A stretch of 64,000 nt of DNA from an uncultured Gammaproteobacteria bacterium (GTDB lineage: Bacteria > Patescibacteriota > Patescibacteriia > Magasanikbacterales > UBA922), in assembly GCA_964435035.1 (NCBI GenBank), contig CAYSXR010000001.1, positions 55,259-119,258 of the forward strand, read 5' to 3'. This document shows positions 37,250-49,500 of the stretch, piece after piece (within the stretch, counting starts at the first letter, position 1; each line of letters starts with the position of its first letter). Made by a program: the position numbers and the translations under genes. The notes beneath the pieces were generated by a model. That model made no database searches and was not told where the DNA came from. It worked only from the letters and a program-made list of their open reading frames with translations.

Positions 37250-37377
37250 AAAGGGAAAAGGGGAAATTTCTAATTGTTCTAATTACTCTAAATCAAAGAT
37301 GTGCTGAGATTATTTTTAGAATAATTAGGTCAATTAGAGTAATTAGAATAATTAAAATGAGTATCGATTAATTGATA

Positions 37378-37854
37378 CTAAGCCTCTTTTTTTGGTTCCT
37401 CATTGTCATGGGGAGTTTCCTTCACCACTCCTTTTTTTACGAGGTCTTTGTAGAGTGCACCGAGTATCCCATTGACGAATTTTCCGCTGGTTGGTCCTCC
37501 ATAATTTTTTGCAAGCTCAATTGCTTCATTGATTGCAACTTTAGGAGGAACATCGGAGGTATTATATAGAATTTCATACATGCCGATACGCAAAATATTT
37601 CGGTCTACCAGAGTCATCTGTTCGACCGACCAGTGTGTTGCGTATTCAGCAATATGTTCGTCAATTTCTTTCTGATGTGTGATTACACCATCAATCAGAG
37701 ACTCGACAAAAGGCTCATGTTCTTCCAGTCCAACACCAAATTCATGCATCGTCTCCTTGATAATCGCAGGAATCGCAGCGGAAGGATTGCCACGAAAATC
37801 CCATTGATAGAGCGTCTGCATAGCGATTGATCGGGCAAGGTGGCGTTTGGACAT
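37378..37854 (-). CDS. nusB: Transcription antitermination factor NusB
   Basis: [14 protein letters not shown]... NusB signature. The ATG at 37854 is preferred over the extended ORF. Confidence 0.7.
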   Translation of the reverse strand: MSKRHLARSIAMQTLYQWDFRGNPSAAIPAIIKETMHEFGVGLEEHEPFVESLIDGVITHQKEIDEHIAEYATHWSVEQMTLVDRNILRIGMYEILYNTSDVPPKVAINEAIELAKNYGGPTSGKFVNGILGALYKDLVKKGVVKETPHDNEEPKKEA

Positions 37855-37864
37855 ACTGCAAGTA

Positions 37865-38080
37865 TTATTTAGCAGCTTTGTGTGCTCGAGCAAATCGTGC
37901 TTTTCGTTTGGTAGTGTTTACTACCGTTTTACCTTTGTATTTACCCGTTGTTTTATTTGCGCGATGAGGAAGCTGAGGATTACCGGCTTCATCGTAGGTT
38001 ACATGAACTTTAGTTAATCCATGGTGTGCTCGGCGTTCTCTTTGTGAACGCTTGGTGCGCTGTTTTGAGGGGACTCCCAT
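37865..38080 (-). CDS. rpmF: 50S ribosomal protein L32 (with a C-terminal basic extension)
   Basis: [22 protein letters not shown] matches the bL32 N-terminal consensus. The ATG is at 38078-38080. Confidence 0.65.
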   Translation of the reverse strand: MGVPSKQRTKRSQRERRAHHGLTKVHVTYDEAGNPQLPHRANKTTGKYKGKTVVNTTKRKARFARAHKAAK

Positions 38081-38181
38081 ATACAGGTTACTCATTAAAA
38101 AATAAGGGCCATCGAGTAATTCGATGAAATATAGCTTGAGTATAGCTAATTCCAGAAAAAAAATCAAGCCCTTTCCATATA

Positions 38182-38838
38182 TTGCATCTACCCTCTAACT
38201 ACGCTATGCTTACCCATATGTTACACACAGTATCTATCACTGAACCAGAAGCCCTTGATCAAGCTCTAAAAGCTCTGTATAGCGGCTCTACCCTCATTTA
38301 TCCAACTGAAACATGCTATGGGCTTGGTTGTGATGCGAGGAATAGTGCAGCGGTTGACCGTATTTTTAAGATTAAGGTGCGAGAACCTGGTAAGGCAGTA
38401 TTGGTACTAGTGCATGATATTTCAATTATAATGAAATATGTAGAGTGGAATGAGACTATTGATGAATTGGCACGTACCTATTGGCCTGGACCATTGACTA
38501 TTATAGCTCCATTAAAAACATCAGCCCTATCTGAATTGGCAACAGGAGTCGTAGGCGAGGATAGTACGCTAGCATTTCGAGTTACTAGCCATCCGTTTGC
38601 TGCTTCTCTTGCTCAAAGCCTCAAAGCACCTATTGTTTCAACATCTGCAAACATTAGTTCATACTCAAATCCGTATGATATTCACTATATCACGAGTATG
38701 TTTGACGGACGTGAATATGTACCTGATCTTATTGTTGACGCAGGTAATCTACCGCACCACAGCCCGTCAACGATTGTGAAGGTTGAAGTCGATGGTAGTA
38801 AAACGATTCTACGACAAGGGGAAATTATTATTGAGTAA
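38182..38838 (+). CDS. tsaC: L-threonylcarbamoyladenylate synthase (YrdC/Sua5 family)
   Basis: LIYPTETCYGLGCDARNSAAVDRIFKIK matches the YrdC domain signature. Confidence 0.65.
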   Translation: MHLPSNYAMLTHMLHTVSITEPEALDQALKALYSGSTLIYPTETCYGLGCDARNSAAVDRIFKIKVREPGKAVLVLVHDISIIMKYVEWNETIDELARTYWPGPLTIIAPLKTSALSELATGVVGEDSTLAFRVTSHPFAASLAQSLKAPIVSTSANISSYSNPYDIHYITSMFDGREYVPDLIVDAGNLPHHSPSTIVKVEVDGSKTILRQGEIIIE

Positions 38839-38845
38839 GAAATGT

Positions 38846-38948
38846 AAATCCGTGTCTATCCGTCTAATCCGTTCAATCCGCGTTCTATTCTAAAATATTT
38901 GCTTAATGGAACGCGGATGACACGGATCTAGCGGGTTGTAACGGATTT
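38846..38948. promoter_or_regulatory. ATCCG iteron array: four direct (A/T)ATCCG(T/C) repeats, then an inverted set of three CGGAT repeats, forming a large imperfect palindrome upstream of ksgA
   Basis: aaatccgtgtctatccgtctaatccgttcaatccgcgttc ... gaacgcggatgacacggatctagcgggttgtaacggattt. Confidence 0.4.
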
Positions 38949-38968
38949 TAGACATATAAATTATTACT

Positions 38969-39790
38969 ATGCTACTTACTCCAACACAAATAAAAAAACT
39001 CTGTAATGAGTACAGTCTGACTCCGAGTAAAAAATACGGGCAGAATTATTTGATTTCAGAGCTACCAGTACAGAAGATGGTTGAGGCTGCTTGTATCAAG
39101 CCAGGGGATGTGGTGTATGAGATAGGTCCAGGTTTTGGTATTTTAACCTTTGAATTATTGAAAGCTGGGGCGTTGGTAAGAGCATTTGAAATCGAACAAA
39201 AATTAAAACCATATTGGGAATTATATGAAGCAGAATATCCGGATTTGGAAATTGTGTGGGGAAATGTATTGTGGCAATGGGATGAGTATATAAAAAATGA
39301 AAAGCGTCCATATAAAGTAATTGCAAATTTGCCCTATCAAATCACGTCTGAAGTACTAGAAACCATACTTGAATCTTCCAATCAGCCAGAGCAAGTGATC
39401 TGTATGGTACAAAAAGAAGTAGCTGAACGTATTGTGGCACGACCGGGGGATATGTCTATTCTTGCTACTTCAATTCAGTACTTTGGAATTCCAAAGATTG
39501 TAGGAAAAGTATCTCGCGGATCGTTTTGGCCGAGTCCCAAAGTGGATTCAGCAGTGATTTCAATTACCGATATTAAACCTCGAGGCGATAGTACGATTTT
39601 TTTTACACTCGTTAAAGCAGGTTTTCATCATAAACGAAAAAAATTGCTCAATAATATTGTTGAAGCGTATCACATAGCAAAAACAGAGGTTGAGGGGGTG
39701 TTTGAAAGTCTCAATCTTAATAAGAATGTTCGGGCGGAGGAGTTGTCGATTGAAGAGTGGGAAAAATTTTCAAAGTTACTCACAAGATAG
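38969..39790 (+). CDS. rsmA: 16S rRNA (adenine1518/1519-N6)-dimethyltransferase
   Basis: KKYGQNYL, VYEIGPGFGILT (SAM motif) and NLPYQITS match KsgA signatures. Confidence 0.8.
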   Translation: MLLTPTQIKKLCNEYSLTPSKKYGQNYLISELPVQKMVEAACIKPGDVVYEIGPGFGILTFELLKAGALVRAFEIEQKLKPYWELYEAEYPDLEIVWGNVLWQWDEYIKNEKRPYKVIANLPYQITSEVLETILESSNQPEQVICMVQKEVAERIVARPGDMSILATSIQYFGIPKIVGKVSRGSFWPSPKVDSAVISITDIKPRGDSTIFFTLVKAGFHHKRKKLLNNIVEAYHIAKTEVEGVFESLNLNKNVRAEELSIEEWEKFSKLLTR

Positions 39791-39851
39791 TTTTGTCGGG
39801 TGTATGAATTTTTGCTATACTTAGGCTTGAATATATTTAAGCTCTGATTTC

Positions 39852-40520
39852 ATGAATTCGTCGGAGCCACGACAATTAGATTCTGCACAAAAGGCTGGAT
39901 TTATTTCTTTGCTTATTTTTGCCTTAGTGACATTCTCATTCAGTTTTCTACATTTGAGAAATACCGTGTATGGTCGTTTTACGACAGCACGGCAAACACC
40001 TTCTGAATTACAACTTGGCGAATATAGTGAGACCGTTCGTTTACAGAGTATTGATACAGACAAAGATACATTGAGTGACTACGATGAATTATATATGTAT
40101 AGCACGAGTCCTTATCTGCCGGATAGTGATAGCGACGGTAGGACTGATGCGACAGAAATTACGGAAGGTACTGATCCGCTATGCCCCGAAGGGGATCAAT
40201 GCGGTGAAGGAGAATTTGGATCTGGTACACCTGAGGAAATTTCACCTGAGTCGCCACTTCTTGGAGACAGTGCTACACCGAGCGATATTGTACTGCAGAG
40301 TCAGCTTGGCACTACAAGTGGAGGGGCGATTGATCCCGCGGCAGTGGCAGCAATCCTTCAGGACCCCGCACAAATCAGACAATTAATCCTAAATACGGGA
40401 AAAATATCAAAAGAAGATCTGGACCGAATTGATGATGCGACATTGAAACAACTCGCAGAAGAAATGATCAAAGAATATAGTGCTACAGAAAATAATTCCT
40501 CAACTTCGACTGGCCAATAA
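39852..40520 (+). CDS. Secreted or membrane-anchored protein with thrombospondin type-3-like calcium-binding repeats (D-x-D-x-D-G...D)
   Basis: N-terminal hydrophobic segment, then DTDKDTLSDYDE and DSDSDGRTDATEITEGTDP. Confidence 0.45.
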   Translation: MNSSEPRQLDSAQKAGFISLLIFALVTFSFSFLHLRNTVYGRFTTARQTPSELQLGEYSETVRLQSIDTDKDTLSDYDELYMYSTSPYLPDSDSDGRTDATEITEGTDPLCPEGDQCGEGEFGSGTPEEISPESPLLGDSATPSDIVLQSQLGTTSGGAIDPAAVAAILQDPAQIRQLILNTGKISKEDLDRIDDATLKQLAEEMIKEYSATENNSSTSTGQ

Positions 40521-40522
40521 GT

Positions 40523-43500
40523 ATGTTTTTTCTCTCCAAAAGAACAAAGAAGCATTCAGTCATCGCCATAATCGCGGTGGTTATAGTAGTAAATGTACTT
40601 GGTTTTAATTTATTTCGTCCGATCCCCGTTCGTGCGTTTGTCGATGTAAATCAGGGACTTCGAAACGTCACTGATAATATTGGTGATTCATTGCTAGCTG
40701 CTGGACTTGGTGCTCTCGTAAATGGAGCGTCGTATTTCATGCGAAAAATAGCATATGATACGGCAAAATATATCGCTTCGGGTGGAAAAGGACAGGGAGC
40801 ACTCGCATTCCAGGATGGTTTTGGTAGTTATCTAGGAAATGTTGCTGCAGATAGTGCGTTTGATGCGATTGATGAATTGGGAAAACCATTTGGATTGAAT
40901 ATTTGTCAACCTTCTGATATACGATTACAAATCGGTCTTCAAGTGAGTATTTCAAATATTTTTGAAAATGAATTAGATGCACAGGGTGGTCCGCAACCGA
41001 GCTGTACGTACAATCAGTTCAAGGAAAATTGGGACAATGCACGTGATAGTATGGTAGGTGACCAAAACCTACTGGAAAACTTCAATGTATCACTCAAAAC
41101 TTCTCAAGGAAGTTTGGGGGCAGCACTGGGAATTTTGGGAAAAGTAGATAGTATTGTTGCAAAGAATGAACTTGGTGCACAATTGGAACGACTAGAGGGT
41201 GGAGGATTTAAATCGATTACAGGGCTTATTTCGGGTGCGATCAAAACTCCTGCACAAATAACTAAAGAAGAAGCAACTGGACAATTAACCGCAACAGCTC
41301 AGACCAAATCAAGTGCTGAACAAATTGCTGGGCTCTATGGAGCAGATGCACTTTCGATTTTTCCTATGGCTCTGTCAGTATTTGCTAATACATTAGCAAG
41401 TACACTACTTCAAAATGTACTTGAAAAAGGGTTGTTCCCAACCAAAGGGGACCCTTCTTCAGTTGCTGATTTTTATGCATCAACAGTAAATAGAAATCGT
41501 CAGGTTGCAGAGACCGCATTCTCATACCTCATTGCAGGAATTCCTCAAAGACCGTTGACCGCATATGATGTCGTCACTGAGTATAGTACCTGCGGAAGTA
41601 ATCCTGGGCTTAATAATTGTGTTATGGATTCAGGGCTTGTACAGGCTCTTGATCGTGCACGACTAGGAACACCTCTTACGATTGGAGAGGCGATGTCATC
41701 TCAAAATAATTTACTCCACGATGACTGGTTGTTGATAGCAGATCACCTGGAAGGAATTGATCCAAATGTAAGTAAAACAAATCTTACTAATACTAATTTA
41801 GAGTATTGCCACAGTTCTGCATACTGTATTTCTAATGTTGAAAAATTGAGAAAAGCTCGTATTCTCCCTCTTGGATTTGAAATCGCCGTAATGAAATCTC
41901 CTCCAGATAATCCATGGAAATTAGGTGATGTGGTGAGGGGATTTAATACCTGTGATCCGAGTGGTAAACCAAGTGATGCGTATCCTTACTGTAAATTGAT
42001 CGATCCTAATTGGATACTCAAAGCTCCGGAAGCTCGCTGTGAAGCTCGGGTGTCTGGTCCTGAACTTTTGACTGAATCCACTCCAACGAGACGTGAAGAA
42101 TGTGTGGATTTTTCAACATGCCTTGAAACAGATGAGAATGGTCAGTGTAAAGGTTTTGGGTATTGCACCAAAGAAGAAAATATGTGGAACATGCCTGGTC
42201 AGGCTTGCGCTCCACAGTTTAATACGTGTAAAACATATGTTTCTGCGACTGATGGGCAAATTGCCTCATATCTTTCGCGTACTCTCGATGTAGAGTCATG
42301 TAGTGCGGATTCAATCGGATGTCGTGCCTATAGTTTGGAAAAGACAGGAGGGGATACCTGGGTAACCTCTGCTGAGGCTGATCCTGCTACTGCATTTTCG
42401 GGACGCACACAAGCAATTCATTTCACGAATATTGCTCAGTGTCCATCATCGGCTGAAGGATGTTCGCTCTTCATGGATCCAACGATTAGCGATACCTCGA
42501 GTGATGAGGCACGGGTATTCCTAAAAAAAGCTCCTGATTATTTACAATGCTATGACACTAATCTGGTAACTCCAGATGTAGTTGAATGGCCACAAACTCA
42601 GGCTGAAATTGTGAAGCTCAATACACAAAAAGCTGCGGCATGTTCGTCATTTGCTGGGGCGTGTACAGGGGAAGAAGTGGGGTGTGAAGTGTATACTCCT
42701 AAAAATGGAGGCGCGTCGGTTACAGGGATTATCGGAGGAAATAGTTGTCCTACTCAATGTGTGGGGTACGAAACATTCAAGCAAGAAGCTACGGCGTTTG
42801 AATCTGAAAAATTCCCTCTACATTTTATTGCATCAAATGCGAGAACTTGTACTAGTTTGCAAGTAGGGTGTGATGAATTTACTAATATCGGTGTAGCAAG
42901 TGAAGGTGGAGAAGCGCTTGAATATTATACTTCGCTTAAGCGCTGTGAACGCCCAAGTGGGGATAATAGTGAAGTATTTTATTCGTGGGAAGGATCTGAA
43001 AGTCAGGGATATCAATTGAGAAGGAATATTTTATTACCTATTACCTCATCTGATCTAAACTACATTAGTAGTCATGGATTGAATTATAAGTCGGGTGATT
43101 CACTTGAATCAGTATTCCCTGTAGGTTCACCTGCATATGTGGAAGACCTTAAATCAGTCATGCAATCCAATTATGATCAATGTAATCAGGAATCATATAA
43201 TTTGTTGTTGAATAATGTCTTGAATGATTCTCGAGTCGCAGATAATGATTGTCGAGCGCTCTATAATTCAAATGGACAAATTTTTTATCGAGTATTTAGA
43301 AATACCGTTACTGTGTCAAATTCTTGTACTCCTCTTCGAAAGACCAATTCAGAATTAATCGTGGATGAAAATATCACTGCTGGAAATGGCGGACAAACTC
43401 TTTGTGAGGCAAAAGGTGGTGTATGGGGTGCGGGAGAATGTAAGCGTTGTGCGTCTGGTGGAAATTATGAAATAAATTCTGAAGGAGTTGGTTCGTGTGT

Positions 43501-46500
43501 GTACCAATCGATCAAAGCTGAGGCAACAAGTTGTCCTGCAGCTGCAAATGGATGTCGATCATATGTTGGAAACACAGGAAATAATTTGCAAATTATCACT
43601 ACCTTTGGATTTGAGCCAGTAGGAACCGGAGTAGATGCACTTAATGCCGCAAAACAGGGATGGAGCGAAAATACGGTGGTTCAAGCAGAAGCACTGCAGG
43701 TGGGTTTGCATTCTCTCCGAGTAAATGGACAAAGTGCTAATTATGTATTTGATCCAGGGACATTAGAGACAGGTGCTTGGTATGAAATTCGTTTCTCTGC
43801 TCGAGGTAATACAGCATTTGGATTATCAATTGGATTTAGTCAGGGTGGGCAAAATATCGGAAACGCATTTACCTTTGATCCTTCTCTTAACCAGAATGCA
43901 CCCGCGTCTGTTAGTTCACAATGGCAGGAATATCGGGTAGGTCCAGTACAATTTACAGGTAATAGTAATGAGTCTGTACAATTATACTTTGATGGAGCTG
44001 GCGGAAATTCTCAGTTTTATTTCATTGATAATATCGAATTTGCAAAGATTGGTGACTCAATAGATGATCATATCTTCCGTATCAAAAATTCATGGAGAAC
44101 TTCTGAAGGATACGAAGTCCCACGTGCGTGTGATTCAGAGCCTAATAATGGACTTCCTGGTGAATATTTAGGATGTCGTGAGTATACAAACAATGGAGTA
44201 TCCTTCCCATTAACTGGTTTTGATAGGCTTTGTCGTGATGAGGCTGTAGGCTGTCGTGCGCTCGTCGATACTCAAAATACGGTTGAGGGAGTTCGTCCAG
44301 CAGAAAAACAGGCGTATGGGGTAGTATGCAGAAAAGCTATTGGAGTAACCGCGCCAACCCCATGCTCAGTCACACTAACTGAATCACCAACAGTGTCTGC
44401 AACTTATGGTTGTACCGTACCTCGAGGAGAACGCGAATGCCGGGTACTAAACTCTGTGGTAATTCCTGCGGAGGCAGAGGATGTGCCAGTAGTATTTGCT
44501 AATCTGCAGCAGCTTGAGGGTAGTTGTATTTCACTCAATGGATCATGTGCGATCAATAATAATGATAAATTACTTATTGATGAATCTACGGTTGTTGTAA
44601 GAGAAGATTCTGGTTTGATTTATCTTGCTGCACAGGATCAATTTGTGTGTCAGGAAGATAACCTTGCGTGTACACGTGTAGGATTAGAAACAAAAAATGT
44701 AAATGCCAATACGTCGAGCGCCTACAGTTATAGAGATGCGTTTATCAAAAATGATCCACGTATTTATGCAGATATTTTGTGCTCGGGTGACGAAGTAGGT
44801 TGTGCGGCATTCAAAAATGATAATTCACTCGTCTATTTCAAGGATCCAGAAGTAAGTGGAGGTACACAGTGTGTCTATAAAGATAAAGTCACCTTGGGTG
44901 AAGGATTGGCAGCTCGAACGTATAGTGGGTGGTTCAAAGATACAGGGAAATGTGCGGTAAGTAATCAGGAATGTCGGGCTGATGTGGATTGCGGGGGCAA
45001 TGATCGGTGTATTGATATTGGAGTCGTTCCATGTTACGAAAACTATTTGGATTCAGGTAATGAATATAATATCTGGTCACAAGGAAGTTTACAGTACGAA
45101 GGTAATGTGGGAATGTGTGATACTAATAACAACGGCTGTACCGAACTTATTGATCGTGCAGCAATTACCTCTTCGACACCAAATGGAAAATCCTACTACG
45201 CACTGATGAACGATCGACTCAAAGAAAATATTGGTCAGTGTGAAGGTAAAGTAAGTCAAAAAGAAGGGTGTGTATTATTCGATGTAACTGAGAATCCAGA
45301 TAAAATCTTTGATACTTCAGCGTCATATGATGCAAGTCGAGCTGCAACACCGATCGACAGTCTCGTAAATCCGGTTCGCTCACAAAATACAAATGATGCT
45401 AATTTTATTCTTAAAGTTGAACGTGATAGACAGTGCAGTGAATGGCTTGCTTGTGGTAGTTCAATTACCGTGACTGATGAGAATGGAAATGATCAAGTAT
45501 TGTGTCAGCAATATATCGCATGTAGTAAATTCAATTCGACTGGTGAGTGTATTCAGCCAGTGAATAACTCGCGTGATAACTCGCAGATGACTGAAGAAAA
45601 ATATATTGCCCGAAGCACAGGCTGGACTGCTCCGGAATATTCAGGATATTCATTCTTTGGCATGTATAATGCAAGTAATTTTGTCTACCTGTTATTTGAA
45701 GGGAAGACAGAGGCATACATGGGATATGAAATGAGTCATTCATTCTTTGTGGGACAAGATGTGGGTGCAGGTTGTCGTGAAACAGTGTCTACTGCAGGTG
45801 ATACTAATTATGTAAAAGCTGATGGAGCCGTATGTGGATTTGACGCAGGAGGGCGATGCTATCGTCAGCGATGTATTTATCCGATTGAAGGAAGATTTGA
45901 TTTTACTCCAGCCCCAGGAAATGATTTGGCTACATCACAAGCAAATGTAGAAAAAATGTTGATAGAGATGCAGCCAGGAATTTGTAAAGCATATCCAGAA
46001 TCCACCAGTCCATTCTCTGTTGAGGTTGCGGTGAAAAATATTGATGAAGAGGTCGACATGAAAAGAAATGATGAATTTACTCGATTCGACTTTACTGAGA
46101 AAAAAGAATTGTATGAACGTGCAAATGTGTGTCAACCGGGTAGTAATTCTATTGATTGCTCATGTGAATATTTGAAGGTTGAATATAAGAATGGGGTAGT
46201 AGACTATTGGGCAACCAAAGATAGCGAATTAGTAGCTCCAGGTATTTGTACGGGCGGAGATAATGATGGAAATCCATGTACTACAGCAAATGAATGTGGA
46301 AGCGGTAGTATGTGTAGTGTGGTGAAGCAAAAAGGAACATTTATTGGTCAGCGAGGACTTTGTATTGAATATGATTTAAGTCGACCACTTGGAACTTCAA
46401 AATCTACGGCACGATTGCACGAAGCATTTGCCTGCCTCACCTGGCTCCCAATTCAGGTTTCTGCATCCTCAATTGATTTGAATAATATGGATCCTGCTGC

Positions 46501-49500
46501 TGGGTACTATCCAGTAGCAAATTATGACTCTCCACTTGGTGGCGGGCATGCATATTGCACTGAGAGTACCAATCGTGGTGCGGGATATTATAATCCCATA
46601 CTAGACGGATCTGGTTCTGAATCTGATCTTGATGTGTTTGGAAGTAGATTTGGGCCTGCGGGAAGTACAATAAATGGTTTACAAATGTTTCTGTATCGTG
46701 AGGGTGGAGTCAAAAATTTTTATGATGCTGTTAATAATCCAAACGGTGTTTTTGATTCACGTGATCAAACAAATTATGATGTAGATAGAGGAACAGGTAT
46801 TTACGCAGGGCTTATGGCAAAAACAGATACTGATATGGCTACAAAATTGAAAGTGTATCGTTCAATGCAAGCTTGGGCATGGGAAAATATTGGGCCATCA
46901 TCACGCATACTCCGTCTGGATACAAAGGGAGGAGACAGAATCTATTATTACTCTAAAGTTGATGATAAGACTAATGTGTATGGTTTTGCGACATTGACAG
47001 ATGCGGGTAATAGCATTCCAAATGATTCTGGAACTCTCATGCATCCTCCTCGCTTGTTTGAGAATCTGGGAACAAGTCTTGATATTGGCGGATACTACAT
47101 GAATCCAGGTAAGGGGTACTTTTTTCCACTGGTTGGTACTGCAGCACTTTCTCCTGAAATTGGGTTCAGTGGGGATGAAGAACTTATGAAATTTATAGAA
47201 ACAGACGCACAAGTAGAATCTTCTCTTAAAGAAGAGGATTTGGAAAGTGTACATTTTGTACCAATATCATTTCCTGACGGGGCAGAAGGTTTTAATCCAG
47301 CCATCCTTACTCCAAATGTGAGTATTGATTTTGCTGCATTGCGAAGAGTTGAAGCTGGGCCAGCTCGTGCATACCGAGAAGATGTATATGCGTATACAGG
47401 TGCCCCTTCGGGTCCTGGGTGTGATGGACAGCCTAGATATAGAGTATGTGATTCAAATAATCGAATGATTGGACTTTCCTACCTTCTTGAGCGTGGAACT
47501 ACAGGGGTGAGTGGTAATGGATTGCTGTCTTTTGATAACTATTCACAAAGTCGTGAAGGTGAATATTATTCTTCTTATATTGAAAGTTCTGCAGATGTGC
47601 GCCAACGTTCAGAGATCTACCGTCGATATGTGTCATTTATCTTTTCTCCTGATGAGGTTGCATTTCAGAGTTTGAAAACTGGGGATGCACGAATTCCAGA
47701 TATGAATTCTGATCCATTTACTGCTGAATGTAAATTTCCGGGTGGTAAACAGGATCGAAATTGGTTGGCAATTGGCATGGACTTCAATGAGGATGGAGAA
47801 TTTTTGGGCTATATTACACGGTGGTGCATGAATACTGATAATACAGATGGAGAAGCAAATGGTATTCGTTTTGCAACAATTGCTAAGATGCAGGATAGAT
47901 GTCTCGAATATAGTGCCGTGGTGGATAATGAAGTCCCTTTGAACGAAGATAATAATAAGGCATGGACTGATCGTGTATGGATCAATAGTACCTATCGATC
48001 AGGATCAAGTTTGCTTGCGATTCTTAAAGCAGAGACAACTGGCCTAGCGCCTTATGGATCACTCCCACAAAGTGTTGCAAGTGCTGAGATTCTCCGGGCA
48101 AATCCTACAAAACCTGTGCCATACTACGGTTTCCCAGACTACGATTTCGGTGTACCATATCAGTGTGACGGTGGTGATGGATTCAAAAATAATGCAACCC
48201 CCATGTTTGGTTCAAGAAGTTGTGCACGTCCTGCAGGAGAATCAGAGAGCCTTACCAACATTGCTTTCGAGATTACGAGAGATCCAAAAGAAGGGCAGGA
48301 AAAATTACGAGAGCTATTCATGAAATATTATGAAATGAAGAATTTTGTGAATATAGGAAGTTTGCCAAACACAGCAATTGCTGATGCTGATAGAGACAAA
48401 AGCGGTGTGATAGGTGAAATTGGTACAGCTACCAGACCTCCACAGATTTTTTCTCTCAATCCATACACCTGTAGTCAGCGAGGAGGAAATTGTACTGCAG
48501 CAGAAGCAGATGCATTCACCATAAATTTTAGAAACTTTACCACTACTGATTATAATAATGATGGTAGTCCTGATGAAGATACAAATCGACAAGATGGTGT
48601 TGACCCGATTGTTGCTGAGGGAACGTATTATGCGATTGCAAACTTCTTTGCTTATGCTGATGACAATCGGATGCCTATTAAGCGTGTAAAAGTAGAGTGG
48701 GGCGATAATTCATTCCAGAATGATAGTCCTGATGGATTATATAAAAATCGAAAGCCCTATTGTGGTGCAACCGATGATTTTACGTATAACCATAATGCAA
48801 ATACCAATAGTGGACTTGGGCGCTGTGTGGGTACACAAATTACTTGTAGTAATAGTGAAGATTGTCAGTATGCAGGAGTGGGCGGAGTTGCTGTAGCATG
48901 CGAGAGCCCAGGGATTCCTACTCCCTCTCGAGTAGGTGTGTGTAAGTATAATCCAACAGGTCCAGCTACAATTCCATCAGGCACTGCATGCCAATCTGAT
49001 AGTGATTGTCAGCCATATGATGATGCAAACTATTTGACGGAGTGTGTATCGCCAGATCAAGGTAGTGATCATAGTGTTGGGCAGTGTCTTTCGACTAGAC
49101 GTCAAAATACTGAATTTACTAATAATGTAAGTTGCCAACAGACGAGCAATTGCCCGGTAATAAGTGGTTCAACTGCAACATGTGATTTACCTCCACTTGC
49201 TGCCCCTCCTGAAGGACAACGACATTTCGGAGACGCACCACGCGCGTGCAGGAGCCAGTATTTCGAATACTCGCATACCTATCAGTGTACGAGTGCTGAG
49301 GTGAATGCGAAGGTAGGAGATTTACAAAACTCTGGTGAGCTGGGGGATATTGAGGCATACAGACGATTGATTGGTCGAGCAGGAGTTACACCTACAACAG
49401 ATATTTGTGTGTTTAGGCCGAAGGTCCAGGTAATAGATAATTGGGGATGGTGTAATGGGACGTGTGATAGTGGTAACGGCACTCTACGAAATGGTTGCTA

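Noticed and set aside
40737-49482. Numerous 60-120-aa ORFs on either strand inside the giant gene, and similar antisense ORFs inside other long CDSs (e.g. 539-811, 1946-2206, 25011-25319, 26233-26550)
   Set aside because: They are fully contained in long, well-supported ORFs, have no RBS, and their low-complexity translations are typical of antisense frames.
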